DNA of 64,000 bases from an uncultured Chloroflexia bacterium (GCA_963823545.1 CAWGMC010000027.1:32738-96737); one strand, 5' to 3'. Counted from the first letter of the stretch, positions 11,823 through 23,048 are shown. Numbers and translations are program-made. Notes: generated from the sequence alone by a model not told the origin.

Positions 11823-13949
11823 ATGACTCTTGAACGCGGCACGCTGCTGCACAAACGCTATCGTATTGTTGAGATCCTTGGCCAGGGCGGCATGGGGTCG
11901 GTCTATCGCGCGGTGGATGAGAACCTGGGGGTGGACATCGCCCTAAAGGAAAACCTCTTTACAACGGATGAGTACTCACGCCAGTTCCGCCTCGAAGCGG
12001 TGATCCTGGCAAACCTGCGGCATCCCAACCTGCCGCGCGTCTCCGATCATTTTGTGGTCGGCGACCAGGGGCAGTACCTGGTGATGGATTACATCGAGGG
12101 GGAGGACCTGCGCCAGCGCATGGAACGTGTGGGGATGATCAGTGAAGAGGAGAGCGTGTACGTCGGCGCGGCGATGTGCGACGCGCTCAGCTACCTGCAC
12201 ACCCGCAAGCCCCCGATCCTGCACCGCGACCTGAAACCGGGCAACGTCAAGATCACGCCCGACGGTCACATCTTCCTGGTGGACTTTGGACTGGCAAAAG
12301 TGGTGCAGGGGTCCCAGGCGACCACCACGGGCGCGCGTGCCATGACGCCCGGGTATTCCCCTCCTGAACAATACGGCACGGCGCGCACCGATCCCCGCAC
12401 GGACATTTATTCGCTCGGCGCGACCCTGTACGCGGCGTTATGCGGCATCATCCCGGAGGATGGACTGGCGCGCGCAATGGACAACGCCCAGTTGACCCCG
12501 CTCCGCAAGCGCAACCCGAAGATCACCAAACGCCTGGCTGCGGCAATTGAAAAAGCCATGTCGGTCGATCCCGATGAACGTTACCAGACTGCCGAGGAAT
12601 TCCAGAGGGCTCTGCTCGCCTCCAAATCGAAGACCCAGCAGTTGACCGGCGCCTACACGGTCGACCCGCCGCCGCCCGTGGAGGAAGGTGCGCCGCCTCC
12701 GTCAAAACCGAAAGCCAGCACCCCCCACGGCGGCGGTCCGCCATATCCCCCGGAGGATAACGGCGATGACAAGCCCTTCAAACCGCTGAAAAAACCGAAG
12801 AAAGGCGGATGCCTGGCGCGCATCCTGCTGCTCCTGCTCATTGCGGGGGCTGCATACCTGGCATGGAATTATGTGCCGGGCATGCAGGGACAGGTGGATG
12901 CCTGGGTCTCCGAGCTGCGCGGGATGGTCGTCTCGCGACTTCCAACCAGGATCCCGCCTGCGACCGATGTGCCGCTCTCCACGGAAACGAACACACCGGA
13001 GCCCACGCTGACCTTTACGCCCGCGGCAACCTCCACACGTGCCTTCACCCCCACGCCCACGTTCACCCCCACGCCGCAGCCCACTCCGCTGGGAGGAGGG
13101 TATGGGCAATTTGCCTTTGCGTCCGACCGTTCAGGCATCCCGCAGATCTATTTGATGAATGGGGATGGCAGCAACCCGGCTGCCCTGACGAACATGCCGG
13201 AAGGAGCATGCCAGCCGGCATGGTCACCGGATGGGATGCAACTGGTGTTCACCTCCCCGTGCAGCGGACCGGAGGATGAATTCGAAAATTCCAGCCTGTA
13301 CATCATTTATGTGGATGGCACAGGCATGTCCCCACTGCTGGCTGAACCGGGCGGCGATTACGATCCAGCCTGGTCACCGGATGGAACCAGGATCGCTTTC
13401 ACCTCCCGCCGCAGCGGGCGCCCATCCATCTATGTGCTGGATGTTGAAAGCAATGCGGTCACGCTCCTGTTCGAAGCCACGGGCAATTTCATGGAAGCGA
13501 GAAGCCCGGTCTGGTCGCCTTCCAACAACCAGATACTCTTTGTCGCGAACCGCGGTGTCTCCGAGATCTGGGCAATGACCGATACCGGAAAAAGCCTGAT
13601 CCAACTGGTGTACACCAGCCTGGAAAACATCGACTTTGATCCCGTCTGGTCACCGGATGGGCTGATGGTCCGCTTCAGCCAGCGTTTGGTGGGACCATCG
13701 GGCGTATGGCTCCAGGAGCTTGTATATGAGGAGCGGGAGTTGATGACCGCCAGGCGCCTGTCCTTCAGCCCGCCCTGGATCGAGGACATTCAATACTCAC
13801 CGGATGGGTTGTGGCTCATTTTCGAAGGACTGGTCGAGGAGAACCGCGATATTTACATGATGTCCCCGGACGGCGAATTCGTCACCCGTCTTACCCTGGA
13901 TCCCGGTGTGGATTTCGACCCAGCCTGGCGTCCGATGCAAGCACCTTAG
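11823..13949 (+). CDS. Hanks-type Ser/Thr kinase with a TM helix and C-terminal PD40/TolB-like propeller
   Basis: LGQGGMGSVY, HRDLKPGN and DFG; repeated PAWSPDG. Confidence 0.95.
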   Translation: MTLERGTLLHKRYRIVEILGQGGMGSVYRAVDENLGVDIALKENLFTTDEYSRQFRLEAVILANLRHPNLPRVSDHFVVGDQGQYLVMDYIEGEDLRQRMERVGMISEEESVYVGAAMCDALSYLHTRKPPILHRDLKPGNVKITPDGHIFLVDFGLAKVVQGSQATTTGARAMTPGYSPPEQYGTARTDPRTDIYSLGATLYAALCGIIPEDGLARAMDNAQLTPLRKRNPKITKRLAAAIEKAMSVDPDERYQTAEEFQRALLASKSKTQQLTGAYTVDPPPPVEEGAPPPSKPKASTPHGGGPPYPPEDNGDDKPFKPLKKPKKGGCLARILLLLLIAGAAYLAWNYVPGMQGQVDAWVSELRGMVVSRLPTRIPPATDVPLSTETNTPEPTLTFTPAATSTRAFTPTPTFTPTPQPTPLGGGYGQFAFASDRSGIPQIYLMNGDGSNPAALTNMPEGACQPAWSPDGMQLVFTSPCSGPEDEFENSSLYIIYVDGTGMSPLLAEPGGDYDPAWSPDGTRIAFTSRRSGRPSIYVLDVESNAVTLLFEATGNFMEARSPVWSPSNNQILFVANRGVSEIWAMTDTGKSLIQLVYTSLENIDFDPVWSPDGLMVRFSQRLVGPSGVWLQELVYEERELMTARRLSFSPPWIEDIQYSPDGLWLIFEGLVEENRDIYMMSPDGEFVTRLTLDPGVDFDPAWRPMQAP

Positions 13950-13969
13950 GGAAATCATCGAATTAGCCC

Positions 13970-13997
13970 AAGACAGCCGCCAAAGGGTGGCTGTCTT
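13970..13997. terminator. Hairpin, probable terminator after the kinase gene
   Basis: AAGACAGCCGCC-AAAG-GGTGGCTGTCTT. Confidence 0.55.
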
Positions 13998-14029
13998 CCA
14001 TTTAAAGGGAATTTCTTACGCTTCTCTTA

Positions 14030-14059
14030 TTGACGCCCGTTTCCTCCGCATGTTATCAT
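14030..14059 (+). promoter_or_regulatory. Sigma70 promoter of the hrcA operon
   Basis: TTGACG-N18-TATCAT with a TG extension. Confidence 0.6.
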
Positions 14060-14072
14060 TACACTCGCTTGA

Positions 14073-14099
14073 TTAGCACTCTCGTTCTGCGACTGCTAA
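14073..14099. promoter_or_regulatory. CIRCE element (HrcA operator)
   Basis: TTAGCACTC-N9-GACTGCTAA has one mismatch to the consensus and lies directly upstream of hrcA. Confidence 0.95.
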
Positions 14100-14108
14100 T
14101 AACAACTC

Positions 14109-15149
14109 ATGCCTAATCTATCCGACCGCCAGCAAACCCTGCTCCTGCTCGTCATCCGCGATTACATCGAGACCGCGCAACCCGTCGGCTCGAAGCGGCT
14201 GGTGGAACGTTACCATCTGGACCTCAGTTCAGCCACCATCCGCAATGAGATGGCAGCGCTGACCGAGATGGGTTACCTGCGCCAGCCTCACACGTCAGCC
14301 GGACGGGTCCCCACCGAGGAGGGTTACCGCGTCTTTGTCGGTCAGATGATGAACCAGGCGGAACTGCCCGATACGGTCCAGCAGACCATCTCGCACCAGT
14401 TCTACCAGTCCCGTCCCGACGTGGAACAGTGGATGACCCTGGCAGCCTCGGTGCTGGCGCACCAGTCGCAGGGCGTCTCGCTGGTCACCGCGCCGCACCC
14501 CGAGCGGGCGCGCTTCAAGCACGTGGAGCTCATCTCGACCCAGGGGCGGCAGGTGCTGATGGTGATGGTGATGACTGGTGGGGAGGTCTCGCAGCAGATC
14601 CTGACGCTGGCGGAACCTGTGCCCCAGGAACGCCTCAGCCAGATCGCGGCGCGGCTCTCGCCGATCCTGTCCGGACACAGCCTGGAGGAGATCGCCGCCA
14701 TCCCGGGCAGGGCTGATCCGCTCGAGCAGGATATCCTGAGCCTGATCATCTCCGACATGCGCCGCGCCGATGACCACGTCAGCGGGCAGATATACACCGA
14801 TGGTCAGACCAACCTGCTGGCTGAGCCTGAATTCGCCGAGTCGGATGACGCCCGCCGCGCCCTGCGGCTTTTTGAGGAACGCAGTACCCTGCAGGACCTG
14901 CTGGCACGCACCTCCACAGGTTCCAGCGTGGGCGGGCTGCAGGTGTTGATCGGCGGGGAGGGCGGCTGGGAGGAACTGCGCCAGTGCTCGATGGTGCTGG
15001 CACGTTACGGCGTGCCCGGGCTGGCAACCGGCATGCTCGGCGTGCTGGGTCCCATGCGAATGTCCTATGCGCGCACCATCCCCACGGTGCGATTTGTCGC
15101 CGGATTGCTGAGCGACCTTGTGAATGAAAATATTGCCGGAGAGGAATGA
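14109..15149 (+). CDS. hrcA: Heat-inducible transcription repressor
   Basis: SSATIRNEM, QPHTSAGRVPT and GVLGPMRM motifs; CIRCE upstream. Confidence 0.97.
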   Translation: MPNLSDRQQTLLLLVIRDYIETAQPVGSKRLVERYHLDLSSATIRNEMAALTEMGYLRQPHTSAGRVPTEEGYRVFVGQMMNQAELPDTVQQTISHQFYQSRPDVEQWMTLAASVLAHQSQGVSLVTAPHPERARFKHVELISTQGRQVLMVMVMTGGEVSQQILTLAEPVPQERLSQIAARLSPILSGHSLEEIAAIPGRADPLEQDILSLIISDMRRADDHVSGQIYTDGQTNLLAEPEFAESDDARRALRLFEERSTLQDLLARTSTGSSVGGLQVLIGGEGGWEELRQCSMVLARYGVPGLATGMLGVLGPMRMSYARTIPTVRFVAGLLSDLVNENIAGEE

Positions 15150-15196
15150 TTTGGAGTGCGTCTACGAACTGTAAAAATACTCCATAGTGATGAACT

Positions 15197-15752
15197 ATGA
15201 CAGACAAAAAACATAAACAACCCAGATACGAAGAAGAGACCGAAGCACCCGCGGAAGCGGTGGAAACACCCACAGACACGGAGCGATACCCAGGTGGATG
15301 TTGAAGCCCTGCTGAAGCGACTTGAGGAGGCGGAAGCCAAAGCCGCCGAACACCTGGATGGCTGGCAGCGCGCCCAGGCGGAATTTGTCAACTACAAGAG
15401 CCGCATCGCGCGCGACCACGAGTTCCAGCGTTCCAGCATGAAGGGCGACATCGTGAAGAGGATCCTGCCCGTGCTGGATGACCTGGAGCGCGCCCTGCAG
15501 AACCGTCCCGCGGATGAACCCTGGGCGGATGGCATCGAGTTGATCGCGCGCAAATTCCTGTCCATCCTGGAATCGGAAGGCGTAACGCGCATCGAGGCGG
15601 AAGGGAAACCCTTCGACCCGAACTTCCATGAAGCCATCTCGCACGAACCAAATGAGGAAGTGGAAAGCGGGCATGTCATTGCCGTGACCCAGAATGGATA
15701 CATGCTGGGCGACAGAGTCATCCGACCTGCACTGGTCAGGGTGGCGCAATAA
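15197..15752 (+). CDS. grpE: Nucleotide exchange factor (probable frameshift before 15294)
   Basis: RAQAEFVNY, FDPNFHEA and RVIRPALVRV; lies between hrcA and dnaK. Confidence 0.93.
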
Positions 15753-15766
15753 ATAATAATATATAC

Positions 15767-15821
15767 AGGGGCACAGCGGGACCGCTTCGATCATGAAGTT
15801 GGGTCGTCCCGCTGTGCCCTT
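15767..15821. repeat. GTAG-type REP-like hairpin between grpE and dnaK
   Basis: AGGGGCACAGCGGGAC...GTCCCGCTGTGCCCTT; similar to 23416-23478. Confidence 0.6.
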
Positions 15822-15847
15822 ATCAGAAACGACAGGAGAAATTATTC

Positions 15848-17731
15848 ATGGCAAAGATCATCGGAATTGACCTCGGCACCACCAACTCGGCTGCGGCTTT
15901 CATGCAGGGCGGCGAACCGGTCGTGATCCCCTCCGCGGAGGGGGAGCGGCTCGTCCCATCGGTCGTCGCGATCAACAAGAACGGCGAACGTCTGGTCGGG
16001 CGCGTGGCGCGCAACCAGGCGATCACCAACCCGACCAACACCGTCTTCTCGATCAAGCGTTTCATGGGACGCAAGGTGGACGATCCCGAGGTGCGCCGCG
16101 CCAAGAGCCTGGTGCCCTACGAGGTGACCGGCGCCGCGAACAACGACATCCTCGTGAAAATGGGCGACCGCGATTACAGCGCGCCCGAGGTCTCGGCGAT
16201 GATCCTTTCCAAGATCAAGGCGGACGCGGAGGCATACCTGGGCGAACCCATCACGCAGGCGGTCATCACGGTGCCGGCGTATTTCAACGATGCCCAGCGC
16301 AACGCGACCAAGGATGCCGGCAAGATCGCGGGACTGGAAGTGCTGCGCATCATCAACGAGCCGACCGCCTCCTCGCTGGCTTATGGACTGGATAAGAAGA
16401 AGAACGAGACCATCATCGTCTATGACCTGGGCGGCGGCACATTCGACGTCTCCGTGCTGGAGGTGGGCGACGGCGTGTTCGAGGTCAAATCCACCAGCGG
16501 CGATACCTTCCTGGGCGGTGACGATTTCGATCTGCGCATCATGGATCACCTGGCGGACCAGTTCAAGCGCGATAACAGCATCGACCTGCGGAACGACCGC
16601 CAGGCATTGCAGCGCCTGAAGGAAGCCTCGGAAAAAGCCAAGATCGAACTATCGACCACCATGCAGACCGAGATCAACCTGCCTTACATCACCGCGGATG
16701 CCTCCGGTCCGAAGCACCTGGTGATGACCCTGACGCGTGCCAAGCTGGAGCAGCTGACCGGCGACCTGATCGAACGGACAGTGGGTCCCATCAAGCAGGC
16801 ATTGTCCGATGCAGGCAAGACCGCCGGGGAGATCCACGAGATCGTGCTGGTCGGCGGAATGACGCGCATGCCGGCTGTCCAGGAAGTGGTGCGCAAGTTC
16901 TTCGGCAAGGAACCGCACAAGGGCGTCAACCCGGATGAGGTGGTGGCGGTCGGTGCAGCGATCCAGGCGGGCGTGCTGGGCGGGGAGGTGAAGGACATCC
17001 TCCTGCTGGACGTGACGCCTCTGACGCTTTCCATCGAGACCCTGGGCGGAGTTTCCACCCCGCAGATCGAACGGAACACGACCATCCCGACGCGCAAGAG
17101 CCAGGTCTTCTCCACCGCCTCGGAAAGCCAGACACAGGTCGAGATCCACGTCCTGCAGGGCGAGCGTCCCATGGCGCTGGACAACAAGACCCTGGGCAAG
17201 TTCGTCCTGGACGGCATCCCGCCCGCGCCGCGCGGCGTGCCGCAGATCGAGGTGACCTTTGACATCGATGCCAACGGCATCCTGAAGGTGACCGCCAAGG
17301 ACAAGGCGACCGGGCGCACGCAGCACATCACCATCACCGCCTCCTCCGGCTTGAGCGAATCGGAAGTGGAGAAGATGCGCAAGGACGCGGAGGCGCATGC
17401 CGAGGACGACCGCAAGCGCAAGGAGTTGATCGAAGCGCGCAACCAGGCGGATAACACCGTCTATACCGCGGAGAAAGCCTTGCGCGAGTTCGGCGACAAG
17501 GTGCCGGCGGAGGTGAAGAGCGAGGTCGAGGCGAAATCCGCGGAGGTGAAGAAAGCCGCCGAGTCCGATAATGTGGATGCCATCAAGTCCGCCACCGAGG
17601 CGCTCGGACAGGTCATCCAGAAGATCGGCGCGAGCGTTTACCAGCAGCCCAACGCGGGCGGGACGGAAGCCAACCCCAATCCGAATCCCAACGCGGGACC
17701 GGACGTGGTGGATGGGGAAGTAAAGGAATAG
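15848..17731 (+). CDS. dnaK: Hsp70 chaperone
   Basis: [19 protein letters not shown] and YDLGGGTFD. Confidence 0.99.
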   Translation: MAKIIGIDLGTTNSAAAFMQGGEPVVIPSAEGERLVPSVVAINKNGERLVGRVARNQAITNPTNTVFSIKRFMGRKVDDPEVRRAKSLVPYEVTGAANNDILVKMGDRDYSAPEVSAMILSKIKADAEAYLGEPITQAVITVPAYFNDAQRNATKDAGKIAGLEVLRIINEPTASSLAYGLDKKKNETIIVYDLGGGTFDVSVLEVGDGVFEVKSTSGDTFLGGDDFDLRIMDHLADQFKRDNSIDLRNDRQALQRLKEASEKAKIELSTTMQTEINLPYITADASGPKHLVMTLTRAKLEQLTGDLIERTVGPIKQALSDAGKTAGEIHEIVLVGGMTRMPAVQEVVRKFFGKEPHKGVNPDEVVAVGAAIQAGVLGGEVKDILLLDVTPLTLSIETLGGVSTPQIERNTTIPTRKSQVFSTASESQTQVEIHVLQGERPMALDNKTLGKFVLDGIPPAPRGVPQIEVTFDIDANGILKVTAKDKATGRTQHITITASSGLSESEVEKMRKDAEAHAEDDRKRKELIEARNQADNTVYTAEKALREFGDKVPAEVKSEVEAKSAEVKKAAESDNVDAIKSATEALGQVIQKIGASVYQQPNAGGTEANPNPNPNAGPDVVDGEVKE

Positions 17732-17745
17732 TGAAGAGAATGGAA

Positions 17746-17799
17746 ATTAGAGAGTAGAGAACAGTCCTACTCTCTAATCATCTGCTCTCTACTCTCTAA
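17746..17799. repeat. Inverted heptamer repeats (TAGAGAG/CTCTCTA)
   Basis: TTAGAGAGTAGAGA ... CTACTCTCTAA ... CTCTCTACTCTCTAA. Confidence 0.65.
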
Positions 17800-17802
17800 A
17801 TT

Positions 17803-18930
17803 ATGACCAATCGCGATTATTACGAAATCCTCGGTGTCGGACGGAATGCCTCGGAAGATGAGATCAAGACAGCCTTCCGAAAACTGGCGCGCCAGTATCA
17901 CCCGGACGTGAGCAAGGAACCGGACGCCGAGGAAAAGTTCAAGGAGATCAACGAGGCGTACGGTGTGCTCTCGGACGCCGACAAGCGCGCCCGCTATGAC
18001 CGCTTTGGCAAGGAAGGTCTCGGCAACATGGGCGGCGGATTCCACGATTACAGCGCGGATTTCGGCGACCTGTTCGAGGAGCTCTTTGGGCAGTTCGGCT
18101 TCGGCATGGGCGGCAGCCGGCGCGGCGGGCGCAAAACACCGCGGCGCGGGCGTGACCTGCAGATGGAGGTCAGCCTGAAGTTCGAGGAAGCCGTCTTCGG
18201 CGTGGATAAGGAGATCGAGTTCTCGCGCGACGAGACCTGCTCCACCTGCGGGGGGTCGGGTGCGGAGCCCGGCACCACCCCCACGAAATGTTCCACCTGC
18301 GGAGGACAGGGGGAGGTGCGCACGGTGCGCCAGACCTTCCTCGGGCAGATGATGCAGACCTCGGTCTGTCCCGCCTGCCAGGGGCGCGGCGAAGTGATCG
18401 TCAACCCGTGCAAGACCTGCCACGGCGGCGGGCTGGAACACAAGAAGGTAAAAAAGTCGGTGCAGATCCCGGCGGGCGTGGACCATGGCACGCAGATCCG
18501 CCTGGCGGGGGAGGGCGGTCCCGGCGCCAATGGCGGACCGATGGGCAACCTGTTCCTGGTGCTCAACGTCCAACCGCACAAGTATTTCAAGCGCCGCGAG
18601 AATGACATCCTGCTCAACCTGGATATCAACATGGCACAGGCGGCACTGGGCGCGGAGATCAAGGTGCCGACCGTTGACGGGGATGAAAGTCTGAAGATAC
18701 CCGCCGGTACACAACCCGGCAAGATCTTTAATATGAAGGGCAAGGGCGTCCCGCATATACGGCGCAGCGGGCGCGGCGACCAGAAGGTGATCGTCAACGT
18801 GGAAGTGCCGACCAAACTTACGAAGGAACAGCGCGAGTTGATGGAGAAACTGGCGGAGACGCTGGGTACGACGGTCAAGCCGAAGGAAAAGGGATTCATC
18901 GACTGGCTGAATGATGCACTGGGGGGATAG
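17803..18930 (+). CDS. dnaJ: Chaperone DnaJ
   Basis: J domain with HPD, G/F-rich region and four CxxCxGxG repeats. Confidence 0.98.
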   Translation: MTNRDYYEILGVGRNASEDEIKTAFRKLARQYHPDVSKEPDAEEKFKEINEAYGVLSDADKRARYDRFGKEGLGNMGGGFHDYSADFGDLFEELFGQFGFGMGGSRRGGRKTPRRGRDLQMEVSLKFEEAVFGVDKEIEFSRDETCSTCGGSGAEPGTTPTKCSTCGGQGEVRTVRQTFLGQMMQTSVCPACQGRGEVIVNPCKTCHGGGLEHKKVKKSVQIPAGVDHGTQIRLAGEGGPGANGGPMGNLFLVLNVQPHKYFKRRENDILLNLDINMAQAALGAEIKVPTVDGDESLKIPAGTQPGKIFNMKGKGVPHIRRSGRGDQKVIVNVEVPTKLTKEQRELMEKLAETLGTTVKPKEKGFIDWLNDALGG

Positions 18931-18936
18931 TGGTGC

Positions 18937-18984
18937 CAGTGTTCAGTGATCAGTAATCAGTGAGCGGATGGAAATCCGCTCACT
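18937..18984. repeat. CAGTNNT heptamer run merging into a hairpin
   Basis: CAGTGTT CAGTGAT CAGTAAT CAGTGAG, then GTGAGCGGAT-GGAA-ATCCGCTCAC. Confidence 0.6.
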
Positions 18985-19013
18985 GTGTTTTATAATCCAG
19001 TTGAGGCGATAGT

Positions 19014-19566
19014 TGTGGAGGAAAATCTCACGACTTTCCTGTACTTTGAGTGGATGCATACTCGTTGCAGGCTTATTGTCGGAAATCGTTTTTAGGCGGA
19101 ATAGACAGGGGAAGTTAACTGCGTCTGAACTGGGTTATCATCACGCAAAAATATAAAGAATCTTAATTTTTTACACAAGACATGGATGCTTTCTTCTTTG
19201 CATGCATAATTGTTCTAGCCATACTACAAACGGCAAATTTGTTTATCATCACTCTTGTTGTTTCGCTCCGGATAGTTTTGGAGGCTTTTTTTGAAATAGC
19301 GTACGAGATTTTGCCTGAGTATAACGCGCTCGCAAAATTACTTTTATGCAGTACAGGAATAAACTGGGAAGAATCCATTTGGTGAAAATCGTTGGTTGGG
19401 TGCAAATGATGATTGCATTATCTGTGGTCGCGATGTCTGCTTACTATATTCTGTAGTACGCAGGCAAATCTCGAAAAATTCCGTGATTTGATCGAGCTGC
19501 ATATCAAGGCGGGATTGGTTACAATGGAAAAGGCACAGGTCAAATTCCATCGCTTTGAAAAATAAC
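19014..19566 (+). pseudogene. AT-rich fragmented ORF region, possibly a decayed membrane-protein gene
   Basis: Visibly low GC; only short hydrophobic ORFs (e.g. 19182-19385). Confidence 0.35.
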
Positions 19567-19589
19567 TCAAAACTGGATACCGAAAATCA

Positions 19590-20534
19590 ATGACTGACAC
19601 AAACTGGCTTGAAGTTTCCCTGCTCGTGAATGGCGAACTGGCGGAAGCGGTGGCAGATGTGCTGGCGCGCTTCGCTCCCAATGGCGTGGTCACCGAAAGC
19701 ACGGGCGTCAAATACCTGGACGAGGAGAACGAGGGCGTCACGGTGGGACCCATCAGCGTGCGCGCCTACCTGGAGGTCAATGACCAGCTCGAAGAGACGC
19801 GCCAGAAACTTGAAGAGGCACTGTTCTACCTGGGCATGATCCAGCCTCTGCCCGCACCGGTCTACAAACAGATCGCTGACCGGAACTGGATGGAAGCCTG
19901 GAAGGAACACTACAAGCCCATCCCGATCGGCAAGCGACTGATGATCGTGCCCGCCTGGATGGAATCACCCGAACCGGCGCGCATCCCGATCCGGATCGAC
20001 CCGGGCATGGCATTTGGGACGGGAACCCATCCGACCACGCAGTTGTGCCTGGAACTCATCGAAACAAATTACATCAAGGAACCTTCAACTTTCAACCTTC
20101 CACCTGCAACTGTAATTGACATCGGGTGCGGTTCCGGCATCCTCTCCATCGCGGCGCTGAAGCTGGGCGCGCAGACCGCCCTCGGCGTGGATATCGACAT
20201 TGAATCCGTCCGCAACTCGCGCGAGAACGCCGACACGAATGGCATCGGCGATGAGTTCATCATCGGGCAGGGATCGGTGGCGGAGGTGCTGGCGGGGCAA
20301 TTCGCATTCCGCTCCGCGCCGCTGGTGGTGGCGAACATCCTGGCGCCGGTCATCATCCGCCTGTTCGAGGCGGGGCTGGCGGAGCTGGTCGAGCCGGGAG
20401 GCAGCCTCATCCTGAGCGGGATCCTGGCTGAACAGGCGGAGAGGGTCATTGAAACCGCCCAGGCGAAAAAACTGGGGCTGACCGGGCGGCGCCAGATGGG
20501 GGATTGGGTCGCGCTTGCCTGCCGCAGAGATTAA
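19590..20534 (+). CDS. prmA: Ribosomal protein L11 methyltransferase
   Basis: DPGMAFGTGTHPTT, DIGCGSGILSI and VANILA; downstream of dnaJ. Confidence 0.96.
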   Translation: MTDTNWLEVSLLVNGELAEAVADVLARFAPNGVVTESTGVKYLDEENEGVTVGPISVRAYLEVNDQLEETRQKLEEALFYLGMIQPLPAPVYKQIADRNWMEAWKEHYKPIPIGKRLMIVPAWMESPEPARIPIRIDPGMAFGTGTHPTTQLCLELIETNYIKEPSTFNLPPATVIDIGCGSGILSIAALKLGAQTALGVDIDIESVRNSRENADTNGIGDEFIIGQGSVAEVLAGQFAFRSAPLVVANILAPVIIRLFEAGLAELVEPGGSLILSGILAEQAERVIETAQAKKLGLTGRRQMGDWVALACRRD

Positions 20535-20575
20535 ACTTTCATCCCCTTCCATCAATTTGTGCTATGATTTGAGGC

Positions 20576-21067
20576 ATGGATCGCCGCCGGATGCTCCTGT
20601 TCCTCTTGTTGAACGTGATCGTCTCCGCATGCGTGACGGGCACGATCCTGTTCTACTATGACCGCAACATCCGGGCGACCTCCCCGGTGACGGTCTTCGT
20701 GCCCAACTCTCAACAGGAACCCGGCTCATCCACCAGCGGAGGAAATCCGGCTTCCAGCGGCGAGATACAGATCGTCAGCGTGGTGGGCGCGGACAACCTG
20801 GGGGCGGAGGTCATCATCCTGCGCTACCTGGGCGAAGGGCAGGTGGACCTTGGCAACTGGCAGATCAGGGATGAGGACGGCAACACCTTTTTATTCCCGT
20901 CCATTGCGCTCGTCAAAGGCGGCGCAGTGCAGATCCACACCAGCGCGGGCACCAACACGGTGGTGGACCTGTATTGGAACATGACCGCGCCCATCTGGGA
21001 ATCCGGTGAAACGGCGAGCCTGTATGACGCCAGCGGAAAATTGATCGAATCGTATAAAGTGCCGTAG
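20576..21067 (+). CDS. Membrane-anchored lamin-tail domain protein
   Basis: N-terminal TM helix; VDLGNWQIRDEDG, IHTSAG and IWESGETASLYD. Confidence 0.75.
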   Translation: MDRRRMLLFLLLNVIVSACVTGTILFYYDRNIRATSPVTVFVPNSQQEPGSSTSGGNPASSGEIQIVSVVGADNLGAEVIILRYLGEGQVDLGNWQIRDEDGNTFLFPSIALVKGGAVQIHTSAGTNTVVDLYWNMTAPIWESGETASLYDASGKLIESYKVP

Positions 21068-21144
21068 TTCCATCAGCGGTCGTTCTTCTTTAATGGAAAG
21101 CTTTCTTCTTCAAACTGCATAACTACCAAACTACCCAAACTAAA

Positions 21145-22680
21145 ATGTCACAAGCCCTCTATCGAAAATATCGCCCCCAAGGTTGGTCCGAAGTCGTCGG
21201 GCAGGATCACGTGGTGCAGACCCTGCGCAATGCCATCCAGGCGGACCGCGTCGGTCATGCCTACCTGTTCGCGGGTCCGCGCGGGACGGGCAAGACCACG
21301 CTGGCGCGCCTGCTTGCAAAAGCGGTCAACTGCCAGAACGAGGACCGGGCGGCGCGCCCCGACAACACCTGCCAGTTCTGCCGGGCGGTCAACGAGAACC
21401 GTTTCCTCGACCTGATCGAGATCGACGCAGCCTCCAACAACGGCGTGGATGATGTGCGCGACCTGCGGGACAAGATCAATTTTGCCCCCTCACAGGGAAA
21501 GTACAAAGTTTACATCATTGACGAAGTGCACATGATGTCCGGCGGAGCCTTCAACGCGCTGCTCAAGACCCTGGAGGAACCACCGCCGCACGCCATCTTC
21601 GTGTTAGCCACCACGGAAATTCACAAGATCCCCCCCACGGTGCTTTCGCGCTGCCAGCGGCATGAATTCCGCCGGGTGCCTCTGGATGCGATCATCGGTC
21701 AACTCAAGACCATTGTTGCCGGAGAAAACCTCAAGGCTGACGAGGATGCGCTGGCATTGATCGCGCGCCAGTCCGCGGGCGGGATGCGGGATGCCATCTC
21801 GCTGCTCGACCAGCTCTCCTCCACCGGCGACCGCATCACGCTGGAACTCGCCCAGAGGGTGCTGGGGACCGCCACCTCGCTGACGGTGCTGAACATGGTC
21901 GATGCGATCATCGAGCGGGAAGCGGGTCATGGTCTGGCGGAGATCCACAAGGCGCTCGACAGCGGTGCCGACCCACGCTCGCTGGCGCGGCAGATCGTGG
22001 ACTACCTGCGCGGGCTGATGTTGATCCAGATGGGCAACGGGGATCAAGTGGAGACGACGAAGGATGTCCGGGAAAAGATGACAGGGCATGCGGCTGCGTT
22101 CACGTCCGCTGAAGTGCTGCGGATGATGCGCGCCTTCAATGAGGCTGCGGCGGATACACGCGGCGGCTGGCAGCCATCGCTCTCCCTGGAGCTTGCCTTC
22201 GCGGAAGTGCTCGAACCGCCCGCCGAGACCGCGCCCGCGGCAAACTCCACGCCGAAGACCCCTGCGAAACCACCTGCCACGAAGAAGGCGGACCCCGTTC
22301 CTGCCGCGGTAAAGAGTGAGAAGGGAGCTTCCACGCCTCCTGCCATATCAGCCGCGGAGGTCATCAAGATCTGGAAACAACTTCAGACCACATTGAAAAA
22401 AGAGAAGGCTGACAACCTGGCAGCCCTGCTCAATTCGGTCTCCTCCGTGGATGTACAGGGCAGCACGCTGGTGCTGGGATATGCCAGTGATGTGCTGATG
22501 TCCAAGATGAAACCGGAGTTCATGGCGCGCACGATCCAATTGATCGCTGACGCCCTCGGCGTAACCCTCGAGATCCGTTGCGAAATAACGAATGCCAAAG
22601 GCAAGGTCCCACCCCACCTCCAGCAGGACGGCATGGTCGCGACCGCCATCCACCAGGGCGGGGAGATCGTGGATATGTAG
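21145..22680 (+). CDS. dnaX: DNA polymerase III subunit gamma/tau
   Basis: ALYRKYRP, GPRGTGKTT, EIDAASN, IIDEVHM and SRC. Confidence 0.97.
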   Translation: MSQALYRKYRPQGWSEVVGQDHVVQTLRNAIQADRVGHAYLFAGPRGTGKTTLARLLAKAVNCQNEDRAARPDNTCQFCRAVNENRFLDLIEIDAASNNGVDDVRDLRDKINFAPSQGKYKVYIIDEVHMMSGGAFNALLKTLEEPPPHAIFVLATTEIHKIPPTVLSRCQRHEFRRVPLDAIIGQLKTIVAGENLKADEDALALIARQSAGGMRDAISLLDQLSSTGDRITLELAQRVLGTATSLTVLNMVDAIIEREAGHGLAEIHKALDSGADPRSLARQIVDYLRGLMLIQMGNGDQVETTKDVREKMTGHAAAFTSAEVLRMMRAFNEAAADTRGGWQPSLSLELAFAEVLEPPAETAPAANSTPKTPAKPPATKKADPVPAAVKSEKGASTPPAISAAEVIKIWKQLQTTLKKEKADNLAALLNSVSSVDVQGSTLVLGYASDVLMSKMKPEFMARTIQLIADALGVTLEIRCEITNAKGKVPPHLQQDGMVATAIHQGGEIVDM

Positions 22681-22711
22681 GGTAACTTGAACAGGTTCCC
22701 TTGTTTTTGTG

Positions 22712-23048
22712 ATGAAGCCGAAAATACTGTTTGTCTGTGGTCGAAATAAATGGAGAAGTCCGACTGCCGCAAGAATCTATCGAAACGATCCGAGAGTGGA
22801 TGTGAGATCAGCAGGGATGAGTGGGAAAAGTCCTCATCCAATTTCAAATTCTGATCTTGAATGGGCAGATCTGGTTTTGGTTATGGAGAGAAGGTATAAA
22901 GGAAGGCTTATGGGTTTGTTTAGAGACCTGGATCTTCCTCCCATTGAATCCCTGGACATTCCAGATGAATATGAATACATGGATGAAGAGTCTTGTGGAT
23001 CTGATCAGATCTGGAGTTGAGCACCACATTAACAATTTTGCTGGTTAG
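22712..23048 (+). CDS. Low-molecular-weight protein tyrosine phosphatase-like protein (3' frameshift)
   Basis: ILFVCGRNKWRSPTA, WADLVLVME and LDIPDEYEYMD. Confidence 0.85.

Noticed and set aside
22393-22404. A6G run in dnaX as a gamma-subunit -1 frameshift site
   Set aside because: The codon phase is TTG AAA AAA GAG, not A AAA AAG, and there is no clear downstream stimulatory hairpin.
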